64,000 nt of DNA from Amphiscolops sp. MND2022 (lineage: Eukaryota): NCBI GenBank assembly GCA_964187785.1, contig OZ076409.1:87608001-87672000 (forward strand), written 5' to 3'. Each line of letters opens with the position of its first letter. The stretch's first letter is position 1. Positions 38,935 through 52,400 of this stretch are shown piece by piece. The notes below the pieces were generated by a model. It did not search any database and was not told the origin of the DNA. It saw only the letters and a program-made list of their open reading frames with translations. Both the position numbers and the translations under genes were made by a program.

Positions 38935-41447
38935 ATGTTTTAATTTGTTAAATCTACTTGTTGACAATTTAGTTTTAGTCACAACACAAAGCGGATGTTA
39001 TATGCCTGAAAGATAATGAATGTTTCGTCAAAATAATGACGCCTTTAGTAAGTTTAATTTTCCTATGTGCTTAATTTCCTTCTGTCCTTATTGAATTCGT
39101 TGTGATGAAGACAGGAAGTGCGTGAAACCTTTTTGTAAAGAAAACCTTTAGCGCCAGCAGTGAAAATTGAAACATGGAAATTAATTTCATTCACACTTTT
39201 ATCTTAAAAAAACGTTTCACAGCAATTGAAATTCAAGCTTATTTTATAGTTCTCGTCAGAAATCTCAGCATTGATGGCATGTATCAAAAAAATTTTGAAG
39301 ACTTCTGGTCTCTTTTATCGTTTTGAAATACATTTAACTAACAAAGTTTTCTTATCAGTAATTTCCGCGAAAATTTTCAGAAAAGCGAAAAATTGCAACT
39401 ATGCGCTATTTTGAAATATGGGGCAATGATGAAAATTCAGTTTTTCTCAATTTTTCATTCCGAGATGTTTTTACGAAAAACGTGTAAAAGTAAAACTTGA
39501 AAATTGGATTGTGAAACGTTTTGAAGCAATTGTATTTATTCAGTCACGCACCGAATTTTTGTCGGTAAGTGTAGAATAAAATTACTGACAGGGTAAGAAA
39601 TCGCTCCATCATCATTTGACCTATTTTAAACAAACTTTACACTTCTCTTTTTAAAGCCTCCATTTTGGGTTCGTTTTGTCTCTTGATTTGTCAGCAATAT
39701 TAATCGCAATTAATACAATTGAATTAATACAATCTAAACTGTATTTATCTATAGAATGTATACATTCTAGATCAAATCTGGAAGGAGCCCTGATTTTCAG
39801 CATAGATGTATCCGAATTTCTGTCTCATGATGTGTTTTACTTCAAGGAAGCAGAACATGGCCGCTGAGGTTTATTAATTTGACCTAATTTGGAAATAGAG
39901 TTCTTAGTAGTAGAAAGTGATACCTTATCAATCTTTAGTTCTGAAGTTGTTTCAACTGGGTAACAGGACCTCTCTCAATCTGAATTACACTCTAAATCAA
40001 TACCCACACATCAAAAGGGACCAAAGTGGCGATTTACTTTCGGTGTAATAGAAAAAAAAGACAAAGACTTCTTGGAACCGGCACAATCTATTCGAATAAT
40101 AAAAGCACATCAAAAAGATGTTCCTTGTTTTATCCAATTACGCTTTAATTGAGAAGCTATGAGTTGCGAAGAAAAGTAATGCAAAAAAGGACGTTATGTA
40201 ACTGTAACGTACACACTTTTCAGCGTTCATTTTTCTTTGAAACATAGCTTATCAAAGGAAAAAAGTAAGCGAATCTTAATTGGATTTTATGTGACTGGGA
40301 TTAAGATTGTAGCGTGTGTCCCGAACTATGAGGAAAAAAATACCTTTTAAATCAGATACCTCAGGTTTATTTCAAGCCTCGAGAGTCTTTTGGGTCAAAC
40401 ATTATTTTGTTAGTAAAAGTATTTAAACAGCGAAAACTTCTGTCATAATGTTCAGTTCTGTCAGTCAGTTTAGTTTTAAAAAGTGAGGAAATATCCAGAA
40501 GAATGAAATCAATATACCATTCAACTGCGATTGTCCATTCTTAGATAGAAAAAGTTCATAAAAAAATCTCTGGCGACAAGCATTTCTAACTCACTCCACG
40601 TTCAATCTCACGAATTGACCATTTTTCAGATGTATTGTTTCATATATTGATTTGGAACAATGTTAAATTTTAAATTTATCCCACGAAAAATCGATCAAAT
40701 ATTTGTCTGGTTACAGGTCAAAATCTCCAATTTCAAAGTTAGAATTCCTAAGTTAAAACCTCCAAGGTTACAGTCTCTTGAGTTCTTCGTTTGAACTCAT
40801 TGCTGCACAGTGAGGTTAAATTGTGTCCGATATTACCTGAAATCTCTGTAACAGAATTGGAAAAACACCGCAGTACCAATGTGTATAATGTTGCCCATAT
40901 TATCTCAATTTTTAGTCGGCGTTTTCGAAGAAAATCCCGACTGTTACAGTGGCTAGTTTTTTTTCGTCAGTTCAACGCGTAACGTCCACTTTTTGTGCAT
41001 TAATGCAATTAATGCACATTTACCAACTTTTACCATATGTACTTAGTACTTCATTTTCAACGCATCCAAAGCGTCTAACATGAGATAAAAAGCGTCCCCC
41101 CTTTTACCTTTTTCGGCACTGTGCGACTTACCAGAAACTTCGAAAAAAAATTCAAAAAAAAATCGGAATTTTTTTTTCAATTTTTAGTTTTTTGAGAGCT
41201 TTTGTTGTATCCAGTTGTAGAAAAAGTGGTTTTCGAGTCTTTTTGAGCCTTAGATATGGCGCCGACCTGGGCCGTTCCCGGCTTGTTTAGATTTCCTGGT
41301 GGGGAGATTTTTCTGTAGAATGTCCAATGAAGCGAACAGGCCCTAGTGCTTCTAGTAATTCATCGCAAGGTGGACAAAAATCGCAGTTAAACAAGGAAGA
41401 AACATCTCAAGTTGGCTCCACAGAATCATAACAACTAATTTGGGACC

Positions 41448-43266
41448 TGTCGTAACCTTCTTCCTCACTATAGTTAGAATCAAATGAATTCTGCCTAAAG
41501 TGAGTTTCCTGGTTACTACCTATTGTAATAAATCCAGGAAAGTTTCCTGTATTGTTTTGTTTTACTTTGCACGTTTTACTTTGCTGCCGTTCATCTGACT
41601 CATGGTCATGATCCTGGGCAACTGACTAGTCATATGCGGATGCCGTCCATCTGACCGAAGGTCCCATTTTGCACATCTAGCTCCTTCGTTGACTCCTACT
41701 ACGTTCCTAATGGTAGGTAACACCTTTTCTTCAATTGTTGCGTTCAATACCTCTAATATGTGAGAGTTTAAGTCAGATTTGATTTCCTCAAATCTCCTTG
41801 ACATTTGAGTGGAAATTTCTGAGTTGATTGCTCTTCTGGTCTCAACAGTAATTTCACTGTTCATACTCATATTTGCGTTCAGTGATGACTTAACGTTTTC
41901 TGCATTAAAAATCAGTATTTTCTCGACGCCTTCTGGACTCTAGGTCCATTTCTAACTCACTATTATTTTCACGTTCAACTAGTTCATTCCTTGTATAAGA
42001 AACAAACATGACATCAAGATTTTCTACATCTGACATTACGTCTGACTGCCCGCTCGTTTCTCTCTAGCTTTTTGCTTTCTAGTAGAAGGCATAACAGGAT
42101 GGTTATTGTCAACAATGAATTGAGGTTAATCTGACAAATAGTCAAATCGCAAGTTGTGTTTACAGCTTCAATAATATCGCAAGAATGATCCCGATTACAG
42201 ACAGTTCCTGATATATAAACTAATAGGACCATGACACGCATAATAGTGGGTGTAATGTAGCTAAATATAGGAATTGCATCATATTTTGACCTTATCCTAT
42301 ACTAAAAAAAAATCAAACGTCACCCTAAACACTACGTCATTTACTAACAATTTCTAAAAATAGCAACTGCTCTTATATGAATGGGCAATATTGGTCACCC
42401 AATGAAAAAGCATCATGCACTAAGTTTCATGTTTGTAATTGAGGTTACTGCTAGAATTCATCCCAGTCAAAACATTAAAGTAGCGTCAACTAAATAGCAA
42501 CTAAGATGAATTTGTTGTACAAAAATAGCACAAATAGACTTTGCGTCCACTTGACGGCAAAGGAGTACTAAATTTGGAGCACTGTGACTGGTCAATAAAT
42601 AAGTGACGTTGCGTCAACTGGACGGCAACAAAGTACCAGTTGAACGCGTTTCCAGATAGAATTGAGCAATACATCTTTTTATTAATCCGTTGGGATTATT
42701 GTATCATTGATTAGCACTTTCAACGATTATAGTACAGCAAAGTATTAGCATTTCTGCAATACTAGTTCACTTTTAGAGTGTTGCCTGTAAATCAGTCAAT
42801 GGTTTATTGTACATTGTAGTGATATAAATATGGCTGTGCCGTCTAAATGACCTAACGTCCAAGTACTAATATTATACAGTAAACGATTAACTATTGCTAA
42901 TCTAGTCTAATTTTCATAAACTAATACTAGAAGCAACATAAATAACGTAACGTACAGTGTTTTAAGCGTGTTTTATATCGGCAGTGTTCCTGGTCCCAAG
43001 TTACTTTGGTCATTTTCTGGTGCGATTTGGTAGTACACTCCGTCGCAGGCGGCAGCCTGCGACAGGACCCTTCAGGCCATGAAGTTTCCCAAAATTTGCC
43101 GTGCTTTGCCGTGGAATTAAACTCTTTCTTGTTTTGAAAGATAACGCTTTAACTACTGTGTCATCTATATGGCGTACTTTGTATTTTTGTACAGCCACTT
43201 TTGTCACATGGAAAGCTATAGGCGCAACGACAGTTTCTAGACTGTTCAGTGTTGTCCGCTGTGACA
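41448..43266 (-). mobile_element. Probable solo LTR (1.8 kb) of a related Gypsy family with an LTR-encoded gag N-terminus
   Basis: The minus strand starts TGTCACAG and ends GTTACGACA. ORF 41562-41870 (INSEISTQMSR...IEEKVLPTIRN) is homologous to 63126-63698. The flanks do not form a TSD. Confidence 0.6.
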
Positions 43267-45689
43267 CTGATAATGGGGCTCAAACTTTTAAACATCAAAT
43301 ATTTTAAACATTTTCGTCTAACTCCCGTGTTTTTTGGTAACCGCTATTCAAGTTGCCTGGTTGAACTGGAAATGCATGATTTTTGAAATTTATTTCATTC
43401 AATTCATAACGATCTGATTGTTTATCCCAGAGTAGTAAACTGGGGAAAAATAAAAACATATTTTTCGTATTTGATTTGTGGCCCAGACTCTGCGGGAAAA
43501 GTCATAGACTTAGAATGTCACCCGTGCGCTTCTTTAAAAATTACTAGCTTTACGCGTATCGAAAAAGCAATGAGGCCAGTAATTGATTTGGGCTGAAAAA
43601 TCATATTTCAAGAAAAAATGTTGTAAAAAGTGTTTTAAAACTGCTGCTTGTAGCCACATGTTTTGATTCAAAAGACTCTGCTTATACCACCGGCACTAAA
43701 AATGCACCGGAAGAAGCGATGATCTAAGAGGACGAAAAAATAGCATGATTGTCTCAAAAGTAAGAACTTTTGAAAAAATCTTACCATGTTTAGACCTAAA
43801 TGCCTCTGATAACGAAACTTTACCCACAGCAAAAAGACATCCCCTACTTTTCTCTAATCAAACACTGCCCTAGGCAATCAAACCGGCAAGGTGAAGTTTA
43901 ATCAGCGACAAAAATTAGGAGCTCGAAAAAACGTGAAGATTTAGTTCAAAAAAATCTCTTGAGAGCAATTTTTTAATTTTTAGTTTTTTGGTTGAAAAAA
44001 AATTCCACAAAGTGCTCGAGCTCTATGCGACCAACGAAAAGTTTGCGGTTCTATGACATTTATGACCTTCAATAACGGTTTGGTCGTTTATTTTTTCCAT
44101 CGAGTTCCGACTCGGAGTTGTTTCATTATAAAATGTACCGGCTTTGGTCTGCAAAGGATTTCTTGAAAAATCCTTTCTTTCCGCAATTTCTTGATATAGT
44201 TTTCCCGGGAGGCCAGTTGATTGGTTTCAATATTTGTTTTCACTGTATTTGAAGCCCAACAGCTGTTCCCAGGCCTGTTCTGGGTTTTCGCTTTCTGTTG
44301 GTTGTAATTTGAAGGAATACGACCTTTTGTGTTGCCAGCTTTTGTCTCACATGAAACGATACATGTATTTGTGAAGCAATACATCAATAGTTTTACTGAC
44401 ATGCCGCATATCAGTTCGTTGTGTACTTTTGTGGTCATTGTTTGAAATTATTTTCTTCCCATTTCCCATATTGGTATTTCTCGCAGTTTCATTTCTCTTC
44501 CGTATGTTAAAATGTGCCTTTTGTTCTGCTGGTCCGAGCTTTGTTTGGTGAATAGTTCTTGGTCTCTGTAGGAATTTTAGATTTCGAGGACGGAGAGATT
44601 TTCCCAAGAATCTAACTCTATCAGAAAAAGGACTTTTAGTGAGTAAGTTCGGTTATTTCTATCGTGTTCACGCTTATCCAAAATCTCTCCAGTGCTCAAG
44701 TTATTCGGTTCTCATTGATTGACTAAGAAAGTTGAAGTAATAATCGAATTACTTTTTATAAAGAAAGTATTATCTGGATCTTTAACAACAATCGCTAACT
44801 AATAACTACACGCAATTCAGCCAACTAAGTCTCGCGAAAATACAAGTGACGGACTTGTAGAATTTCTATCTCTAGTTCCCAGAGCTAACGACGAACCAGT
44901 TCTCTTAGCGAAGCCAGGTTTCTTGCCCCCGTCTCAAGGCTTAACTTGCTTGTAGCTCTCAAACTCGGTTGAGAAGCGCGAGTGTTATTTCGAACAAGTA
45001 TCTTGTCTCCGCAAGACTCAACTTGATCCCAGCTTTTCAACTCGGTTCTGTCAATTCATTTATGTTCTTATTCCGCCTCAATTATTTTTATTAATCCCAC
45101 GTGTTTCTGGTAGTCTCATTTTCGCCTTCTATCATACTTGACATTTTGGTTACATACAGAGCGTCGGCATATTGAGTTTGCATGTGTTTACTTTCAAGTT
45201 TACTATTCTTTTTATGGCATGGCGAAGGCCTTGGTTATTCTTCGGCTAAACATTCTTTCTCGCCAACGACAAATAATTCGACAATAGTTGTACAAAGTTC
45301 ACATTTCAATAAAAATTCAAGTCACCCAAGATATTTCTAGTATCGGGACATTCATTCAATGACCTTCCATTACATGATATACATGCTCTCTACGAGTAAG
45401 GGGTATTTTTCTCCTATTCTGAGCACGGTGCATCGCGAATTCTCCCGCTTGACTGAATTGCATAAATTATCACGCAAACGGCGCTGATTTACAAGTTTTA
45501 ATGTAAGTTCTTCCATACGTTCCGGGTTACAACTAAAATGGCCTTGAGGTCCATCGGTGACCTTGGTGTTATTTGTCGTCATCCGAAGTTCATTACGACG
45601 CATAACCCTACACTTTTTGTGCAGCTCAAAGTTGAGCCGTTTGAGCAGTGGAATCCTGGGCCAAGCTTTAAAACATGCCAACCGCAAAG

Positions 45690-46000
45690 AGCGAAATTCG
45701 CCGCGTGGAATTCAGGGACAAATACCGCAGTGTATAATTTCTCGCGATTTCAGTTGACGATAAGGCAAAATCGCGGAATCCGCTGCATTGGTCAGCTCGA
45801 AATCGTGGAATCCACTGCTTGCAGCGGATTCCGGGGCAGTGACAGCGGAATCCGGACCAGTACCAGCGGAATCCGGGGCAGTGTCAGCGGATTCCGCAGA
45901 CTAATGCAAGCAAGTAATAAAATGTTTGTTTTGTGAAGCGGAATCCACTGACAGCTCTGCGTGACATTTGTTTCAAGTTGTATGACAGCGGAATCCGCAG
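45690..46000. repeat. Cluster of palindromic GCGGA(A/T)TCCGC subterminal repeats
   Basis: Copies at ~45773, 45824, 45845, 45866, 45886, 45938 and 45987, with 21-bp periodicity at 45824-45896. Confidence 0.85.
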
Positions 46001-46170
46001 ACGAGCGCAGGCTAGTATAAAGCTTGCTGTATACCTTTATTATTGTGTTTAATAGGGCGTATACAGTTTCTGGGTTTAGGATAAACAAGTCTCCTTGATG
46101 TATTATAGGCCTTCATGTATGGAATCCACTGTTGTCTCTGGGATTAAGATTACTGTCTCCATTATGTATT

Positions 46171-46495
46171 CTACTATGGTCTCTGGGATTAAGATTACTG
46201 AGATAAATTAAAATATGTATCATAATTCTGTATTGCTCGTAATCTACTACTGTATTTTGTGTTTAATTGGATGTGTTTTAATCTAGTTCTATGATGAGAA
46301 ACTATGATAATTTCATTGAATTCAAACTTTTGGAGCCTACTATGGTCTCTGGGATTAAGATTACTGAGATAAATTAAAATATGTATCATAATTCTGTATT
46401 GCTCGTAATCTACTACTGTATTTTGTGTTTAATTGGATGTGTTTTAATCTAGTTCTATGATAAGAAACTATGATAATTTCATTGAATTCAAACTT
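46171..46495. repeat. ~167-bp tandem duplication within a degenerate TCTCTGGGATTAAGATTACTG repeat tract (46080-46960)
   Basis: CTACTATGGTCTCTGGGATTAAG...TTCAAACTTT occurs at 46171 and 46338. Confidence 0.85.
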
Positions 46496-47089
46496 TACTC
46501 TAACTATTTTGTACTCTCTTTTCGAAGACAATTCTTCATCTGCACTAAATTGGCAGGTATTAATAAATGAGCATCAATGACACAATACAACCATGAAATA
46601 AAAGCCGACTAATTAATATACATTGTCTGAAACCTCTACATGGTGTATACAATTTCTGTGTTTAAGATAACTGTGTCTCCTTGATGTATTATAGGCCTGA
46701 ATGTATTCTACTAAAGCCTCTTGGATTAGGATTACTGTTTCCATTATGTATTTATTATAGGCCTACATGCTATTATTACTACATGTATGCTACTTTTGTC
46801 TCTGGGGTTAGGATTATGTATAATAAGCCTACATGCTATTAATACTACATGTATACAACTATTGTCTCTGAGATTAAAATTACTGTCTCAATTATGTATT
46901 AAAGGCCTACATGCTACTAAAACTACATGTACTCTACTATTTTCTCTGGGATTAGGATAAATGATCTTGATTCTAAACTTGATTTATTATTTGATGCTAG
47001 CAGTATTAATAATAATACAAATACACACATGATTATACACACATGAACATATATTCTTTATGTTTGTAATGTTTATAAGAAACCCTCTT

Positions 47090-49178
47090 TTATAAGAAAC
47101 CCTCATTGTGTTTAGAGTTGATATTGAGGATTTCCCGATATTTTTCTTCATTTCGGAAGCGTCCTTCGCAAGAGTTTATTTGAACCTTGATGGTTCGGAA
47201 GAGAAAGTCTTGCGTCTCAGAGAATCGGATTGCTCTGATGAGGGTGATGAGGGTGTCCAGCGACTCTTCTCCGTCTCCTGGCAAGATGTCCCACCGCTCT
47301 CCAAAGAGTGAGTCCCACGAGCGATGGCAGCCGCGAAGTCCAGTTTCAATATGAGCAGCAAATCTGAACTAAACAATAACATGAACTCAAAAAACGATCA
47401 TCTTGAATTGTTTCATTACTCCTAGTTAGCAAATAATTAATGATTTTCTTAATTGACCAATTTTGTTTTCACTTTGAGTCCAGTTTCAATATGAGCAGCA
47501 AATCTGAACTAAACAATAACATGAACTCAAAAAACGATCATCTTGAATTGTTTCATTGCTCTTAGTTAACAATTACTTAATGATCTTCTTAATTGACCAA
47601 TTTTATTCTGAAATACGTACATTATCCCGAGCTGAATCTGCTTCGAATCCAACACATCGCCTGGTGAAAGGTGTTGCGGGGCACACATTGAAACTCGCAG
47701 AATGTTTTCTTCGACAAAGACCTATGGCCCGCTTGATGGCAGAAAATACTGCATATGCTCGATCAATGGGGCAAACCATGCTGTCTAGACTCACGGGGTC
47801 CAATGCTGTGTAATTTTCTTCCGGGAGCCTTACTGAAGACGCTGGAACTCTGCTAGTGAAGTCCGCACTTTCATCCCATGTCAAACTGACAAATGCTTTC
47901 TTCCTTGAAATGACGTACTCCAGCATTTCAATAGTGCATAGGTATCCTCCTCTGTCCAAAGCCTTCTTGCCTTTAACAAGAATGCCGTTTGTGCACGGAG
48001 CGCAAGTCAATGGCACGCTTGTCCTGGTGTCTCCGTCCGGAAGCACGGGGATTAAATTGATCATGTCAATTTCTAAGGGCTTTTCCTTCTGAGAGCGGGG
48101 CTTTTTTGGAGCAGGCGGACGAGGAATCGAGTCGTCATCGTCGTCAACATCGTCTTCTCCTTTCGGGACGATGGCACTAACTTGCTGGACTGGGTTCCGT
48201 AGTACGGTGTACGAAACGTATCGAGGCATTTCGTCTTCTACGGAAACCATCATCTGTTGTAGGAACGGATCATTAAGCAGTATTCGTCCATGCTTCACAA
48301 CTGCAACGTCTTCCGATTCGTCTAAGAAGTCTACCTAAATAAATAAAGGATTAAATCTAAATGCAGAGATCATTTCAAAAATGCCTAATTGCAGAGTAAA
48401 CAAATTTTACATGGAATAAATCCTATTTAGCGCAGAAATAAAAATTAGACCTGATAAATAACACTTCTCCTATTTCCAGAGGTGTACAATTTTACATGGA
48501 CTAAGTCCTAATAGGTATCCCGAATACTCTTCTCCTAATCCCAGAGAAATACAATCAAACAATGTACATGTCACATTACGGTGCCATGCATAACCCAACA
48601 CTTTTTGAAAAGAACGGAGTCGACTACTCACAGCATTTTGTACCTACATGACCTGGAATCCGCTGTTTTAAATGACGGATTTCAAAGACACACTTTATAA
48701 CAAGTGCAGCGGAATCCCGGGACAAATCTCTTTACATTAGGTTTTTTGTGGATTCCGGATGCAAATCCTATTATATTAGACAGCAGCGGATTCCGCAGTC
48801 GCTATTTTTAACCGCACTGATTTTCAAAAAACAAAAATTATTTGGACTGACACTCACCTCATCGTCATGAACACAATGTTTGGGGTTGTACTCGAGTTGT
48901 ACTGCCCTTGGTGTTTGTCGTCTGTCCTCTCTGGAAAGTATGGAGGAATGTGTCTTTTCTATAACTTTTCGAAGGTTCCATAACGACTGATCTGTTCGCT
49001 TTTCCTCTGGTACCTCAATAGTTTCTGAAGGATAGATTGAAGTGTAGCCCATCCATTTTATTTTAACAGACCAGTCGCTAACGATGCCAATAATTTTAGC
49101 CTTTGTCCACCTAGATATACTCTCGTCAATAGCATGAACAATTTCGTTTGGACGAAAAATTTCCGCGGGCGTAGACAT
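47090..49178 (-). CDS. Three-exon gene (~437 aa) with an N-terminal Tudor/chromo-barrel-like domain
   Basis: Exons 49178-48858, 48334-47621 and 47368-47090 are all GT-AG, phase 0 and in frame. FRPNEIVHAID...WTKAKII......VKIKWMGY is a Tudor-barrel aromatic pattern. Confidence 0.7.
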
Positions 49179-49480
49179 ACTGGAAAATAATATTCAGGTA
49201 AGGAAGGTAAACAGGTAGAGTAACTCGACAACTGTATAATGATAACAACGACTGACTATCAGTAAAACTTTTAGTAAAAGCGAGGTGCTTAATTGACACC
49301 TGTCTATCGGTTAGAGACGCATTATTACACCCTTTGGAAAGCGTCATATCATTTCGAAAAGCGTCCAATTATTTGAAAAAGCGTCAAATAACACTTTAAC
49401 GTGGTAATTGAGTTGAGGTGCGAACTTCTGATGTGATATTAACCTCTCCATTCTTATTTTAATTTTCATCTTCATCTCCA

Positions 49481-52400
49481 ATGGCAGGAGCAAGTTACAT
49501 ACAAAGTTTATGGGATCAACACTTGTTGATTGTCGAATGCAATAGGCAGTTTATCAACAGCCACATTCTAGAGAAGATATATCTTGCGGAAATAAATTCC
49601 AAGAACAGGTATCGTAATATGCTTACAGCTGTGAAACAAATTGTTACTGGTACTTCGCTGGATCGAGATCCAGAAGCTTTGGTCAGAAGAGTCAAAACCA
49701 AAAAAGGAGGAGGTGAAGCAGTCTACGTAGCTGCAAAAATAATGAAACTTATCATAGTTTGCGGATTGAGAGATCACACATGGAACCAAGTCAGGAAAGA
49801 CTTTGTCTCCTTTTTTTTCTCCCGAGAGCTTATTCCTGATGTTGACCCTTACAATGTGTCTTTCCCAAACAAGGTCACCATCAATGCGTCTGTACCAAAC
49901 AACGTCCCCATCAATGGTTCTGTACCAAACAACGTCCACATCATTGCGTCTGTACCAAACAACGTCCCCATCAATGGTTCTGTACCAAACAACGTCCACA
50001 TCAATGCGTCTGTACCAAACAACGTCACCTTCAAAGCATCTGTCCCAAACGTCGTCCCCTTCAATGCTCCTGCCACTAGCAACTCGTGTACTGTATGTCT
50101 GCATAGTATGCCTGTTTCATCTGGCACATCTGGCAGATCCATCAAACGGACTAACCTAATTAGGAGCAGACCGAAACTTTCATTACGTAAAAATGCTCAG
50201 GATGTGTGTAAAGCCGGGGAAAAGTTGAACTTGAAGAGCTTTTGGAGACAAGTCATTTGGTGCATCAGGTACAAAGGGATTAGTATTCGTGGGTTGACTG
50301 AAGCAGCACACAGAGAAGGTGAACAAAGGAAGAGGCGTAATGGAGCATCCAAGAAGCAAAAGAACATCATAGGGGGGCTTATTGCTGGCTTGTTCAAGGA
50401 CAGGGGTAACTGTTCTGACTTTCGCGACGCATTGGCAATTCATACGAAGACTGGTAACGTAAATGACGTAATCAACCTGATTCGTTCTCGATTGTCAGTT
50501 CCTGGCCTGGGCTTCAACTTGGTACCCTCAATTCGTACGGTTGTCACGTCCAATGCCAAATTCACCCAACATTTCATTAAACTCTGTAATCCGGAGAGAA
50601 CCTTTAGTGGATTCCGAGTGGATGTTGTTCGATGTGTCAAACTTGCTGCATACGCAATCCTTCAAACTACAAACATCTCGGGACTAAAAGTTGATATCTG
50701 GGGAGATGGTGCCGCAATTGGAGGAACAGAAGTAACAAGGCTGGCGTTCAGATTGATCTGTGAGGAAATAAGTGTGCAATCATCTGACAGTGTCTTCTGT
50801 TTTGCTGCGTACCGAGGCAAGGACAGCAGGTTTGCTTTAGAGCAAAACGTGGGATACGAAAAAGTTGGGGACCAAACATCCGGGTGACTGTTCAAGCAGA
50901 CTGTTGCGTTGAGAGAACTCGGCGTCAAATTGACTTATAGCGGAGACAACCCGTTCCTACTCAGGTGAGCAACATTTGATGCATGGTTGCAGCCTGATTC
51001 ATGAAATCTGGATTTGAGAGAGATTCTTTCTGTTTATTCTCCTGCTGTTATGTCTTTGTAATGTTTTTGCTGTAATGTAATTTGAGAACTTCCTGAGCCT
51101 ACAAGATCTCCAATTTTTTCTTACATTTAGGTTAATTCTTGGAATCTCAAACGATCGCAGCTCAGATTTCCCGTCACTCATGCCACTGTTTCTGGGATCA
51201 GACGACACGTTTCTACCTACAACAGTCGATCCAAAATCTGGATACCGAAGCAATGTTCCAGTTCCTTTCCGCACTGACCTACCTGCGACGTCTCTCGTAA
51301 GCTACGACGACATACGATGCGTTTGCCCTGATGTAACGCATATGATAACAAGATGTGTCGAAAATGACCTGAAAAAAATTGCACAGAAGCTTGTTGATGA
51401 CAAGCATCCCAAAGAGAAAGAGTCACTTGCGCGTTTGGAAGAAAATTTGACCAAACGAGATGTGAAAAAACTGCACTTCCAGTTCGATACGACTACCAAA
51501 TCTGGACAGAAGGTGAAGACTGTCGGTGCGGTGTCACTTTCTGGGTCGGGAGCACTTACAGCAATTGCCGACAAAAAAGAGTTTGCTGATATGATTCCGG
51601 ACATGACAAACTTATTCGAAGGTGTATGGAAAGACGAAGAAATATTAATTGGAAGCAATGACAATGAAAACTCCGTCAAGGTGCTGAAACAGATGTATCC
51701 GTCATTGTTTTCGAAACCAAATCCCACGAAGAAGAATGAAAACTATGGGTACATGTCTATTTCAGATGCAGCTGAGCTCTTGAGGGAAAGCCTCAACATG
51801 TGCACTATTCTTTTGCGCAGTTCACGGACCGGTCTTGACATTACAAGTTTCACCAAGTGGTCAGAGACGTATTATCAAGTCTCAATGTTACTTTTGGGCA
51901 AAGATAAAGGACTTACGCCTTACAAGCTGAAGATGCTACTTTATCCACAACTAATTGAAAGCGGACATATTATAACTCCTTGGAATCATATGTGCGAGGG
52001 TTTGGAGAAGTCTAACCATAATGCAAACAAAGCATTCCAGAGCAAGACGATGAGAGGCGGAGGAAAGCAGTCAACCCAGGACCCCCTTTTTTTCGAGCTT
52101 CAATTTTCCTTGCTGAAGCTATTCAGGAAAGAATCCCTTAAAGCAAAACAAGTTTCAATTAACGATTTCCTATCGAAAGCCCGAGGAATTGTTGGCATCG
52201 CCAATCAAGCTGACGAAGAATCGAAGACTTACAATGATATTTGCCTGCAGCCTGTTTCGTGCGCTTCGATTGCTGTCGGTGAGACACGGAACAAGAAAAA
52301 CCGATTTTTGGGATTGTACTTTTTTGTAGTGGGTAACTTTGGTTCAAAGAAAAATGAAGATGTCCAAAATGCGATAACAGAGATGGGCGGAACAGTTTGC

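Noticed and set aside
40806..40812. Perfect RSS heptamer CACAGTG as the left end of the large element
   Set aside because: It is separated from the gene cluster by 4.6 kb of unrelated repeats, with no subterminal motifs, nonamer or partner end; a 7-mer is expected by chance.
44088..45350. Possible minus-strand LTR or gag fragment
   Set aside because: There is a TG-like start at 45350, but no matching end, TSD, PBS or recognisable protein motif.
49568..50159. Alternative-frame repetitive ORFs (49568-50104, 49803-50159, 49849-50145)
   Set aside because: By-products of the stop-free 30-bp coding repeat in the transposase.
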